Below, piece after piece: positions 35,406 to 44,578 of a DNA stretch of 64,000 bases (positions are counted from its first letter, which is position 1; each line of letters opens with the position of its first letter). A program made the translations under genes and the position numbers. The stretch comes from Minisyncoccota bacterium (GTDB taxonomy: Bacteria > Patescibacteriota > Minisyncoccia > Phycocordibacterales > UBA9973), in contig JBAZXM010000001.1 of NCBI GenBank assembly GCA_041659845.1, forward strand, positions 124-64,123, in the 5' to 3' direction. The notes under the pieces were generated by a model. That model was not told the origin of the DNA and searched no databases. It saw only the letters and a list, made by a program, of their open reading frames with translations.

Positions 35406-37790
35406 ATGAATGAATCAAAAAATGTTGCATTTTTGAGTAAGGCCTCGTTTTACACCTTACTCGCCACAATACTGCTCATACCGGTATTTTTCCTACCATT
35501 TATTAATGTGTCATTTGATACCAGTAAAGGTGCTCTGCTTTTTGTCGGCACGCTCGTATCTCTTTCATTTTGGATAATTGCCCGCCTAATTGATGGAAAG
35601 TTTGAAATTCCGAAAGACAATATCTTACTCGCAGCTCTTTCTATCCCTGTAGTTTTTTTGCTTTCATCAATTTTTTCACCGGCACCGATGGCTTCTCTCT
35701 TCGGACATGGCTTTGAAATGGGAACATTCATATCAATGCTCATTCTCTTCGTGCTGATGTTTTTATCTTCAATGTTTTTCCGGAGCAAGGAAAGAGTTTC
35801 TTATTTGTATTTTGGTATTTTGCTTGGTGCATTTTTGATAGCTGTATTTCAAATGATACGATTATTTGTTGATCCTAGTACTCTCTCTCTCGGGTTTTTC
35901 TCCAATACCATTTCAAATACGATTGGCTCATGGAATGACCTTGCGATTTTCTTCGGTCTTTCCGGAATTCTTGCACTGGTTACTCTCGAATTCCTGACGC
36001 TTAAAAAAAATCTTAAGATTTTCCTTTATGTCATTTTGGGGTTCTCTCTATTCTTCCTTGCGCTTATTAACTTGATGACAGCGTGGATTATTCTCGGTTC
36101 ACTTTCATTAATCCTATTTATCTACGGTCTCTCAGTGATCCGTGGTGCTGTGGTCGCAAATATGCGTGATGAAAATGGCATAACACGCCCGCAAGGAGAA
36201 CGCCCATTTCCTCTTGCCGCTTTTATTGTCACTTTCATCTGCCTACTCTTCATATTCGGCAATAATTTTGTCGGTGACGCACTCTCCTCGTACTTTAAAG
36301 TTTCAACCACCGATGTCCGCCCATCGCTAACAGCGACAATACAAGTTGCCGGGAACACTCTTTCACATAATCCGGTCTTTGGCGCGGGGCCGGGCAGGTT
36401 TGTAAATGAATGGCTTGCTAATAAACCAGATGCAGTCAACAATACTATATTCTGGGACACGAATTTTATTGCTGGTTTTGGTCTGATTCCATCATTCTTA
36501 GTTACAACTGGTATTTTAGGCATACTCGCATTCTTGATTTTACTCGGAATCTTTTTTTATCGAGGATTCAAGGCGATTTTCGTATCCGGCATAGATCAAT
36601 TTTCTCTCTACTTGATTATTAGTTCGTTTATTTGCTCACTATATCTTTGGATTTTCTCTTTTGTTTATATTCCATCAAGCACATTATTTATTCTGGCATT
36701 TGCTATGACTGGAGTCTTTATTGGAGTGCTTGTTCATAAGCAAATTATTCCACTCTACGATTTTTCTTTCCTTTCCGATCCGCGCAACAGCTTTTTTTCA
36801 ATTTTAGCCTTAGTACTCCTAATGATTGTTTCTATTGCTGGATTATATAAGACAGCAGAGCGTTTCGCGGGAGAAGTTTACTTCGGTCAAGGTATTATTA
36901 ATCTCAATATACATCGTGATTTAGACAAGACAGAATCGAATATTCTTCATGCAATCCAGCTTAATGATATAGATACATATTATCGAGGTCTTTCAGAGCT
37001 TTATTTGACTCGTCTGGCGGTTGTGATAAGTGACAACAATAAAGATTTCAAAGATGATACTGTTAGGGCAAATGTCCAGCAAATTCTTGGTAAGGCTGAA
37101 GCGAGTGCACAGCTTGCAACTACCACGGACAAGACAAATTATTTGAACTGGGTATCGCTCGGAAAAGTGTATGAATCAGTTGTACCGCTTAAAGTAAGTG
37201 GAGCGTATGAAAATGCTAAGGCATCATACGAGAAAGCTATTACTTTTAATACGAAAAGCCCCGCACTGCTTTTGATGCTCGCGAATTTGGAAATCGAGAA
37301 CAAGAATAATTCCGAAGCGCGCAAATATATAGACCAAGCGCTTCAAATGAAGCAAAATTATACTGAAGCGATTTTCCTTTTGTCACAAATTGAAGCGAGC
37401 GAAGGTAACCTCGATGCAGCAATCATTCGTGCAGCACAAGCACTCTTTATCTCACCGAATGATGTAGGTATTGCGCTCCAGCTCGGCCTCTTGAAATATA
37501 ATAACAAAGATTATACAGGCGCTGCATCAGCACTTGAACGTGCGGTAGCCCTGTATCCCGATTATTTGAACGCTCGATATTTCCTCGGACTTTCGTATGA
37601 CAAGCTCGGTCGAACAGGCGACGCTCTTTATCAGTTTAATTACATCAATATAAAGAGCCCAGATAATCAGAGTATAAAAGATATTATTGCCAACTTACAG
37701 GTAGGCAATAGTGCATTTAACAGTCTTCCAGCTCCGGAAACTAAGCCTGAAAAAGGCAAGACACTCCCTGTGAAAGAAAAGACAAACTAA
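35406..37790 (+). CDS. Polytopic membrane protein (O-antigen-ligase/Wzy-like multi-TM N-terminal region) with C-terminal TPR repeats (start at MNESKNVAFL; track start 35334 is TTG overlapping leuS stop)
   Basis: ~12 predicted TM helices; C-terminal TPR motifs (ARKYIDQALQMKQNYTEAIFLLSQI..., YTGAASALERAVALYPDYLNARYFLGLSY). Confidence 0.6.
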   Translation: MNESKNVAFLSKASFYTLLATILLIPVFFLPFINVSFDTSKGALLFVGTLVSLSFWIIARLIDGKFEIPKDNILLAALSIPVVFLLSSIFSPAPMASLFGHGFEMGTFISMLILFVLMFLSSMFFRSKERVSYLYFGILLGAFLIAVFQMIRLFVDPSTLSLGFFSNTISNTIGSWNDLAIFFGLSGILALVTLEFLTLKKNLKIFLYVILGFSLFFLALINLMTAWIILGSLSLILFIYGLSVIRGAVVANMRDENGITRPQGERPFPLAAFIVTFICLLFIFGNNFVGDALSSYFKVSTTDVRPSLTATIQVAGNTLSHNPVFGAGPGRFVNEWLANKPDAVNNTIFWDTNFIAGFGLIPSFLVTTGILGILAFLILLGIFFYRGFKAIFVSGIDQFSLYLIISSFICSLYLWIFSFVYIPSSTLFILAFAMTGVFIGVLVHKQIIPLYDFSFLSDPRNSFFSILALVLLMIVSIAGLYKTAERFAGEVYFGQGIINLNIHRDLDKTESNILHAIQLNDIDTYYRGLSELYLTRLAVVISDNNKDFKDDTVRANVQQILGKAEASAQLATTTDKTNYLNWVSLGKVYESVVPLKVSGAYENAKASYEKAITFNTKSPALLLMLANLEIENKNNSEARKYIDQALQMKQNYTEAIFLLSQIEASEGNLDAAIIRAAQALFISPNDVGIALQLGLLKYNNKDYTGAASALERAVALYPDYLNARYFLGLSYDKLGRTGDALYQFNYINIKSPDNQSIKDIIANLQVGNSAFNSLPAPETKPEKGKTLPVKEKTN

Positions 37791-37810
37791 TAAAAAGTAG
37801 TTTCTGATTT

Positions 37811-37848
37811 TAAAAAATACAGTGCTAGGCACTGTATTTTTTTTGTTT
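37811..37848 (+). terminator. Rho-independent terminator
   Basis: aaaaaatacagtgc tag gcactgtatttttttt. Confidence 0.75.
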
Positions 37849-37881
37849 TTATAATTCAATAATTTCTGCTACTATGATTGG

Positions 37882-39573
37882 ATGAAAAGATTTTTCTCCA
37901 TTATTCACAAGGAATTTAACGGTATCAATGAAGCGGCATTTTTATTGGCTTTGTTTGCTTTTTTTTCGCAAATCTTGGCTCTGGTGCGCGATAAATCATT
38001 GGCGCATTTCATCGGACCATCCCCAACGCTCGATGTATACTATGCGGCTTTTCGAGTACCCGATTTTATCTATACAGGAATTGTTTCCTTGATCTCAATC
38101 ACCGTACTTATTCCGTTTCTCTTGGAAAAGACAAAAGGAGAAGATGGTAATCATGAAAAGTTGTATCGTTTTCTTAATGAATTTTTGACGGTTTTTTCAG
38201 TTGCGATTATTGTGATTGACTCTGCTGTTTTTTTTGCCATACCGAAACTTTCATCACTCATCGCTCCAGGATTCTCTGGTGCGGAACGTTTGCAACTGAT
38301 TAATGTGAGCCGAATCATGTTGCTATCTCCGATATTGCTCGGTATCTCCAATCTTTTCGGGATTTTGACGCAGATCTTCAGGAAATTTTTCATTTTTGCT
38401 CTTTCTCCTGTCTTTTACAATATCGGTATCATTTTTGGCATCTATGTTCTTTGGCCATCCCTTGGTATTTACGGGCTTGCTTGGGGTGTAGTGATCGGCG
38501 CATTTTTACACATGCTTGTTCAAGTGCCTGTATTGGTTAAAAACCGCTTTACCCCAAGGCTTGTTCGTAAGCTTGATTTTCGATACATTAAGCAGGTCAT
38601 AATATTTTCATTACCGCGAGCGCTTGCTATGGGAGCGAACAGTCTTTCAGTTATAGTCTTAACCGCGCTTGCGACGAATATAGCCGTTGGATCCGTTTCA
38701 ATTTTTAATTTTTCGTTCAGCCTGCAAACTATTCCACTAGGCATTATCGGTATGAGCTATGCAGTCGCGGCGTTTCCGATTCTCACACAGCTACATACTC
38801 TCGGAAACCTTGAAGACTTTAAAATTAAATTCGTCTCTGCCGCGCGACAGATAATTTTTTGGGCGTTCCCGCTGACATTTCTTTTTATTGTTTTGCGTGC
38901 TCATATAGTGCGTGTCATCCTTGGTTCCGGTTCATTTTCATGGTCACATACTCGATTGACTGCCGCAGCCTTTGCTATATTTGCAATCTCCATCATCGCA
39001 CAGTCACTCTTGCTTTTGCTGGCCAGGGGATATTATGCGGCGAAAAATACTTCTCGTCCGCTCGTTGTAAATGTATTCTTCTCGTTCTTGATTATAGTCT
39101 TGGCATATTTCTTCTCGTGGATTTTTGATTCATATGCCGGCGTTCGCTATTTTTTAGAATCACTATTCCGAGTAGATTCGATTGCTGGTACGAAGATTTT
39201 AGCTATTGCTTTTGCATATTCGGTCGGAACGATTTTAAATTGCTTGGCGCTCTGGTATTTATTTGAAAAAGATTTTTTGAAAGGCTACATTGCTCCGTTT
39301 CGAAAGACATTTTTCCAGAGCTTTGTCGCTTCATTTTTCATTGGATTTTTTGCTTATGGAGCACTCAGTTTCTTTGGGAATTTCTTCAGCCTCGATACTT
39401 TCTGGGGGGTATTTTTACAGGCATTTTTTGCAGGTATTTTTGGGATTACTATTGGTGTATGGTTGCTTCATGTAATGAAAAGCGAAGAGCTCTCGCAAGT
39501 CTCTTCAACACTTAAACATAAATTCTGGAAGACCCAAGTCGTAGCTGAACAACAGCAAGAATTGTTAAAATAA
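37882..39573 (+). CDS. murJ: Lipid II flippase MurJ (MviN family)
   Basis: 14-TM architecture, N-terminal LALVRDKSLAHFIGPSPTLDVYYAAFRVPDFI pattern typical of MurJ. Confidence 0.75.
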   Translation: MKRFFSIIHKEFNGINEAAFLLALFAFFSQILALVRDKSLAHFIGPSPTLDVYYAAFRVPDFIYTGIVSLISITVLIPFLLEKTKGEDGNHEKLYRFLNEFLTVFSVAIIVIDSAVFFAIPKLSSLIAPGFSGAERLQLINVSRIMLLSPILLGISNLFGILTQIFRKFFIFALSPVFYNIGIIFGIYVLWPSLGIYGLAWGVVIGAFLHMLVQVPVLVKNRFTPRLVRKLDFRYIKQVIIFSLPRALAMGANSLSVIVLTALATNIAVGSVSIFNFSFSLQTIPLGIIGMSYAVAAFPILTQLHTLGNLEDFKIKFVSAARQIIFWAFPLTFLFIVLRAHIVRVILGSGSFSWSHTRLTAAAFAIFAISIIAQSLLLLLARGYYAAKNTSRPLVVNVFFSFLIIVLAYFFSWIFDSYAGVRYFLESLFRVDSIAGTKILAIAFAYSVGTILNCLALWYLFEKDFLKGYIAPFRKTFFQSFVASFFIGFFAYGALSFFGNFFSLDTFWGVFLQAFFAGIFGITIGVWLLHVMKSEELSQVSSTLKHKFWKTQVVAEQQQELLK

Positions 39574-39599
39574 GCCTTTTCGGCTAATATACACTTTAT

Positions 39600-41402
39600 A
39601 TGGATTTAAAACACATCCGCAATTTTTCGATTATAGCTCATATTGACCACGGGAAGTCCACATTGGCTGACCGTATGCTTGAGATTACTCACACTATTGA
39701 GGCTCGCAAGATGAAGGACCAAGTACTTGATAGTATGGAGCTTGAGCGCGAAAGAGGGATTACAATTAAAATGCAGCCAGTTCGTATGGAATACGCCTAC
39801 GAAGGGCAAAATTACATTTTAAACCTCATTGACACCCCTGGGCATATAGATTTCTCTTATGAAGTTTCGCGAGCTCTAAAGGCCGTAGAAGGCTCTATTT
39901 TGCTTGTTGATTCGACTCAAGGTGTGCAGGCGCAGACTCTCACTACCCTTAATATGGCACGTGAATCAGGGCTAAAGATTATTCCAGTGCTTTCAAAAAT
40001 AGATTCGCCTTTGGCGAGAGTATCTGAAGTGAAAGAAGAATTGGCAATTTTACTCGGTTGCGAGCTTGGTGAGATTTTAGAAGTTTCAGGTAGGACGGGA
40101 GAGGGTGTGGAAGAGCTCTTGCAAACAGTTATTAAACGCATACCGCCACCCGAAGAGGAGTATCACGGGCCGAATGATTTGCGCGCACTCGTTTTTGATT
40201 TTAAATATTCTAATCACAAAGGTGTGATTGTTTTCGTGCGATTACTGGATGGAAAAGTCTCGCGCAACGACAATCTTCTTTTTGGAGTTTCAAAAGAAAA
40301 ATTTATTGCGCTTGAAGTCGGTTTTTTCTCTCCCGAAGAAAGAGCTGTTGATACTCTGGTAGCGGGTGAGATTGGATATATTGTCACAGGGATTAAAAAG
40401 CCCGGTATAGCATCCGTGGGTGACACGATTACATTTCTGAAATATCCTTTACCCCCACTTCCGGGTTATATGAAGCCTCGCCCTGTTGTATGGGCATCAA
40501 TCTATCCCGAAGGGCAAGACGATTTCAACGAACTCAAAGCTTCACTTGGAAAATTGCGTTTGTCAGATTCTTCTTTTACTTATGAAGAAGAAACTTCTGG
40601 ATCTTTAGGGCGCGGATTCCGTTGCGGATTTCTGGGTATGCTTCACTTGGAAATTATATCCGAGCGATTGCGCAGGGAATTCAATCTCGAGCTTGTGGTG
40701 ACAATGCCATCTATTACTTACAAAGTCCTTCTAAGAAACGGTAAGGAAGAGATTATTTATTCCCCACATCTTTTTCCTGATGACGGCTCTATAATTAAAG
40801 TTTTTGAGCCGATGGTTTCTGTTAAAATTATCACCCCAATGGAATATCTCAGTCCTCTCATGCAGCTGCTCTATGAACATGAGGGTGAAGTAGGGAATAT
40901 TGAGAATTTCGGTGATAATCGCCAAGCAGTGAATGTACTGATGCCACTTCGTGAATTAATGCGGAACTTTTTTGATGATCTGAAAAGCGCATCATCCGGC
41001 TTTGCTTCGATTTCATATGAGATTGGCGAATTCCGAGAAGCGGATGTAGTGCGATTGGATATTCTGATTGCCGATGAGGTTGTTCCGGCTTTTACCCGTG
41101 TGGTCTCTCGCCGGCGAGCAGAGGAAGAGGCTGAAAATGCAGTTGAAAAATTGCACACCATTTTACCTCGGCAGATGTTTGAAATGAAAATTCAAGGCCG
41201 AGCGCTCGGAAGAATTATATCTTCGGCTACCATTAAAGCTTTTCGCAAAGATGTTACCCAGCACATGTACGGTGGAGATATTACTCGAAAAATGAAGCTT
41301 CGCGAGAAGCAGAAAAAAGGCAAGAAGAAAATGGCTGACCGCGGGAAAGTAAACATTCCGCATGATGTTTTCCTAAAAATGATGCGGAGCGAAAATAAGT
41401 AA
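39600..41402 (+). CDS. lepA: Translation elongation factor 4 (LepA)
   Basis: IRNFSIIAHIDHGKSTLADR, DTPGHIDF, LepA-specific C-terminal domain. Confidence 0.92.
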   Translation: MDLKHIRNFSIIAHIDHGKSTLADRMLEITHTIEARKMKDQVLDSMELERERGITIKMQPVRMEYAYEGQNYILNLIDTPGHIDFSYEVSRALKAVEGSILLVDSTQGVQAQTLTTLNMARESGLKIIPVLSKIDSPLARVSEVKEELAILLGCELGEILEVSGRTGEGVEELLQTVIKRIPPPEEEYHGPNDLRALVFDFKYSNHKGVIVFVRLLDGKVSRNDNLLFGVSKEKFIALEVGFFSPEERAVDTLVAGEIGYIVTGIKKPGIASVGDTITFLKYPLPPLPGYMKPRPVVWASIYPEGQDDFNELKASLGKLRLSDSSFTYEEETSGSLGRGFRCGFLGMLHLEIISERLRREFNLELVVTMPSITYKVLLRNGKEEIIYSPHLFPDDGSIIKVFEPMVSVKIITPMEYLSPLMQLLYEHEGEVGNIENFGDNRQAVNVLMPLRELMRNFFDDLKSASSGFASISYEIGEFREADVVRLDILIADEVVPAFTRVVSRRRAEEEAENAVEKLHTILPRQMFEMKIQGRALGRIISSATIKAFRKDVTQHMYGGDITRKMKLREKQKKGKKKMADRGKVNIPHDVFLKMMRSENK

Positions 41403-41558
41403 TTATCCTAAAAGAGATGGGATGTAAAGCAATATCATGCTTACAATCACGAGTACGCAGACCACTGTCCAGATAGTTTGTACTTTCTTTTTATTTTTTG
41501 GGTGTAATAACATAAGAGCTATATTACTATACTCTTATCGGAAGCGCAATAATGTGTT

Positions 41559-41957
41559 ATGCTCTCGATAATGCAGAGCGATATACATAAAAAACAAGCG
41601 ATTCGAAGATTTCTTTATTCACCATTAGTGCTAGTTCTTTTTGCTTTCCTCACACTATTCTTTCTTTACGGCATTATCGGCTTAATCGCAAAAAATAATG
41701 ATACGGCAAAAAACAAAAATCTTGCTGTTAAACAACGAGCTGAATTGGAGGCCAAGCAAGTTCTCCTGGAAGCTGAAATTAAAAAACTCTCAAGCAACCA
41801 AGGTATTGAAGCTACAATCCGTGATAAATTCCCGGTTGTCAAAGAAGGCGAGGGGGTTGTAATGATTGTAGATGATGTAAATAACTCAGATGGCACTAAT
41901 ACAGATAGTGAATCAAAAAAATCATTTTGGCAGATAATAAAGGGGTGGTTTAAATAA
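41559..41957 (+). CDS. ftsB: FtsB/DivIC-like septum formation initiator (TM + coiled coil)
   Basis: TM helix LVLVLFAFLTLFFLYGIIGL followed by coiled coil KNKNLAVKQRAELEAKQVLLEAEIKKLSS and ...DKFPVVKEGE. Confidence 0.55.
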   Translation: MLSIMQSDIHKKQAIRRFLYSPLVLVLFAFLTLFFLYGIIGLIAKNNDTAKNKNLAVKQRAELEAKQVLLEAEIKKLSSNQGIEATIRDKFPVVKEGEGVVMIVDDVNNSDGTNTDSESKKSFWQIIKGWFK

Positions 41958-41959
41958 TT

Positions 41960-41965
41960 ATAATA
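41960..41965 (+). promoter_or_regulatory. TATAAT -10 element 7 nt upstream of tRNA-Gly
   Basis: tataat at 41960..41965. Confidence 0.3.
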
Positions 41966-41972
41966 AAATATT

Positions 41973-42043
41973 GCGGAATTAGTTTAGTGGTAAAATGATT
42001 GCTTCCCAAGCAATAGACAAGAGTTCGATTCTCTTATTCCGCA
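41973..42043 (+). tRNA. tRNA-Gly (anticodon CCC), CCA not encoded
   Basis: GCGGAATTAGTTTAGTGGTAAAATGATTGCTTCCCAAGCAATAGACAAGAGTTCGATTCTCTTATTCCGCA; acceptor GCGGAAT/ATTCCGC, loop TTCCCAA. Confidence 0.88.
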
Positions 42044-42141
42044 CACTTTGCTCCTGTGCATATCTTTCTTGCACATCTACATTAGAGGCGTACACTTATA
42101 TAAATAACTGATTTCTAACATTTCTTTAAAAAACAAAAAAG

Positions 42142-42480
42142 ATGAAAAAGATAGCCGTATGCATAGTGATGGTCGCTATTTGTGTGTTCTCGGAAGTGCA
42201 TTCCGCAAGTGCTCAAGGAGGAGAAAATTCAAATCAAACAGCTTGGACTGACAAGCGAGATTCGATTGTTTATGATTTATTAATACAAACAGATATTTTC
42301 GTGAGTGCAGTACAAGACACTCAAGCCAGATATCTGGTTGAATTTTTATACAATGCCGTAGTGATTAGTCCGAGTGTTGAGTCTGCCATTACACCTCTTC
42401 CATTATTTGACCCGGTACACCCGTCGTATACGATAATTTTTCTTTTACCGAAAGACACGCTTCATGGGAAGGGTAAATAA
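42142..42480 (+). CDS. Hypothetical secreted protein (112 aa)
   Basis: Signal peptide MKKIAVCIVMVAICVFSEVHSASAQ. Confidence 0.5.
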   Translation: MKKIAVCIVMVAICVFSEVHSASAQGGENSNQTAWTDKRDSIVYDLLIQTDIFVSAVQDTQARYLVEFLYNAVVISPSVESAITPLPLFDPVHPSYTIIFLLPKDTLHGKGK

Positions 42481-42495
42481 TTGAACGGATATGCG

Positions 42496-42993
42496 ATGGA
42501 TCCTATTTATTTTTATCCGAAAGCCGGAGCGATTGTGATTAAAGCGTATGGAGAAAAAAATAAAATATGGAGATCACTTTTATTTTTACGAGCTGGATAC
42601 AGTGCCTTTGTAAATCGTTACGGATACACTGCATGGACCGATCCTGATACATTTATTCGCCACCAATTGGAGTCGAATATCTTTCAATTTCGTTTGGAAA
42701 GCAAGATGGGCGGCCAGCTATACAGTAATATTGTTTCAAATAGTGTCAGGAGGCTTTTTTCCACCACTTCATTTGAGGGTGATTTTAAAAGTTTCTCATC
42801 TTTGGTAGAGAGTGTGCCGAAAGACTCTCTTGATTATATGTTTGGGGAAATTACTTGCCAATATACTCGTAATCGGATATTGAGTAACATGCACATAAAT
42901 GCAGTATTTTTGTTTTTTGATAACTTTTTTAATAAAGAGGAGGCAAAAAAACAAAAGATTGATTTTCTGATTACCCTTTATTTTAAGGAGTAG
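42496..42993 (+). CDS. Hypothetical protein (ATG at MDPIYF; track start 42481 is TTG abutting previous stop)
   Basis: ORF followed by terminator; no motif recognised. Confidence 0.45.
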   Translation: MDPIYFYPKAGAIVIKAYGEKNKIWRSLLFLRAGYSAFVNRYGYTAWTDPDTFIRHQLESNIFQFRLESKMGGQLYSNIVSNSVRRLFSTTSFEGDFKSFSSLVESVPKDSLDYMFGEITCQYTRNRILSNMHINAVFLFFDNFFNKEEAKKQKIDFLITLYFKE

Positions 42994-43005
42994 TTTTTAA
43001 TAAAT

Positions 43006-43031
43006 AAAAACCCGTTCTAGTAGCGGGTTTT
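43006..43031 (+). terminator. Rho-independent terminator
   Basis: aaaacccg ttctagtag cgggtttt. Confidence 0.7.
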
Positions 43032-43099
43032 ACTTTGCATTTCCACCGACTATCTTTTTTGTGCTATAATTTCAATATCTTATAAATTATTTTTTTATT

Positions 43100-43333
43100 A
43101 TGAAACAAGTTACAATCTACAGCACCCCGACCTGCCACTTTTGCCACATGGCGAAAGATTTTTTTAAGGAGAATAATATCCAGTATACGGAATATAATGT
43201 CGCATCCGACATGGAGAAGCGTACGGAAATGATAGAGAAAAGCGGTCAAATGGGGGTACCGGTGATCATTATAGACGGCGAGATTACAGTTGGCTTCAAC
43301 GAAGGTCAAATTCGCCAAACGCTTGGCATATAG
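43100..43333 (+). CDS. Glutaredoxin-like (NrdH/YruB-type) small thioredoxin-fold protein
   Basis: TIYSTPTCHFCHMAKDFF (CxxC), GVPVIIIDGE..VGF. Confidence 0.8.
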   Translation: MKQVTIYSTPTCHFCHMAKDFFKENNIQYTEYNVASDMEKRTEMIEKSGQMGVPVIIIDGEITVGFNEGQIRQTLGI

Positions 43334-43350
43334 CTTCTAAGTGATATGAT

Positions 43351-43380
43351 AACAAAAGCGCCATTAACGGCGCTTTTGTT
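43351..43380 (+). terminator. 12-bp-stem hairpin terminator abutting tRNA-Arg 5' end
   Basis: aacaaaagcgcc attaac ggcgcttttgtt. Confidence 0.65.
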
Positions 43381-43381
43381 T

Positions 43382-43453
43382 GCCCTCATAGTTCAATGGA
43401 TAGAACAGTTCCGTCCTAAGGAATAGATGTAGGTCCGATTCCTGCTGAGGGCA
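43382..43453 (+). tRNA. tRNA-Arg (anticodon CCT); atypical G32 and TCCGATT T-loop
   Basis: GCCCTCATAGTTCAATGGATAGAACAGTTCCGTCCTAAGGAATAGATGTAGGTCCGATTCCTGCTGAGGGCA; acceptor GCCCTCA/TGAGGGC perfect. Confidence 0.7.
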
Positions 43454-43493
43454 CTCTTTTGTTTCTGTGTTTTTTATGCTAGATTATTGATGT

Positions 43494-43742
43494 ATGGATC
43501 CTGAATTAAAATCAATGATTAAAGAGAATCTTGAGCTTACTCAAGAGAATAATAAAATTCTCAAAAAGGTGCGTAAAGCTCAAGTTTGGGCTCAAATTTC
43601 CCGCGTGCTTTATTGGCTCGTGATTATAGGTGCCAGTGTGGGTGCGTATTATTATATTCAGCCATATCTTTCAAAATTGATAGGGATTTATACAAATGGA
43701 GCTGATAGCTTCGACAGTCTTTTTCTTCAACTAAAAAAATAA
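43494..43742 (+). CDS. Hypothetical small membrane protein (82 aa)
   Basis: One TM helix VLYWLVIIGASVGAYYYI. Confidence 0.45.
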   Translation: MDPELKSMIKENLELTQENNKILKKVRKAQVWAQISRVLYWLVIIGASVGAYYYIQPYLSKLIGIYTNGADSFDSLFLQLKK

Positions 43743-43751
43743 AAGATTTTT

Positions 43752-43824
43752 GCTTGGGTAGCTCAGTTGGTAGAGCGCTCCCCTGAAGAGGGAGATGTCA
43801 CCAGTTCAAATCTGGTCCCAAGCA
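43752..43824 (+). tRNA. tRNA-Phe (anticodon GAA), CCA not encoded
   Basis: GCTTGGGTAGCTCAGTTGGTAGAGCGCTCCCCTGAAGAGGGAGATGTCACCAGTTCAAATCTGGTCCCAAGCA. Confidence 0.9.
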
Positions 43825-43868
43825 CAAAAGAAAAATCCCCGTTTGGGGATTTTTCTTTTGTGCTTGGG
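43817..43868. repeat. Perfect 24-bp-arm inverted repeat (4-nt loop gttt) whose left arm is the 3' acceptor end of tRNA-Phe; doubles as terminator hairpin
   Basis: cccaagcacaaaagaaaaatcccc gttt ggggatttttcttttgtgcttggg. Confidence 0.8.
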
Positions 43869-44029
43869 AAGCATGCCATCAATATGGCTTGCGTCCAGAT
43901 TTGAACGCCGGAGCGTTATTTGCTTAGAAGAGCAAATCGCGAGGCGTGATTGAGTACAATCACCTACTGGGGTGCCCAGACAAACTTTTTTGACGAAAAA
44001 AGTTTAGTCGCGGGCAAATCTGCTTTTAC

Positions 44030-44539
44030 TTATATCGACTTCACTTTCAAATTTGATTGTCTGCTCTTATCAATCTTTGGGATTCTAATAATTAGTAAAC
44101 CATGTTTTTCTACAGCCTCAGCCTGATCAGGCTCAACTTCCTGTGGAAGCATGATAGTTCGAGAAAATGCACCCCAATAGAGTTCCTTGCTGAAATAATT
44201 CTCATCGGTAATAGTACGGTTTGCCTCGCGCTTTCCACGGATGGTCACTATGTCACGCGTAATTTGTATTTGAATATCTTCCGGGCGGACACCGGCGACC
44301 ATGGACTGAACAACTATCTCCGTTGGCGTCTGGTATATATCAACTGTAAGCTGGGCTTCTTCCGGTTCTTCTATCCATGTATTCTGCGCGTTTATGCTTC
44401 TTGCCTGAGGATTTTGTGAAGGAACAGTTGCTCCATTTATAGACGATTTTTGAGATGTATTGATTTCAATACTATCTTCATCATCCATACTCATACTGCC
44501 GGTTAACCGTTCGAAAAAAGATCTTTTATTATTACTCAT
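44030..44539 (-). CDS. Hsp20/alpha-crystallin small heat-shock protein
   Basis: alpha-crystallin domain ...VDIYQTPTEIVVQSMVAGVRPEDIQIQITRDIVTIRG...GLLIIRIPK. Confidence 0.8.
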   Translation of the reverse strand: MSNNKRSFFERLTGSMSMDDEDSIEINTSQKSSINGATVPSQNPQARSINAQNTWIEEPEEAQLTVDIYQTPTEIVVQSMVAGVRPEDIQIQITRDIVTIRGKREANRTITDENYFSKELYWGAFSRTIMLPQEVEPDQAEAVEKHGLLIIRIPKIDKSRQSNLKVKSI

Positions 44540-44578
44540 ATATTTATTCTAGATTAAAATTTTTAATAAAAAACATTA

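Noticed and set aside
43868-43985. Possible functional tRNA or tmRNA on the minus strand downstream of tRNA-Phe
   Set aside because: It contains a tRNA-Phe-like T-arm, but no sequence can pair with the putative 3' acceptor strand, and the T-stem has a 2-nt insertion. The space before the hsp20 gene is far too short for a tmRNA. It is treated as a decayed fragment.
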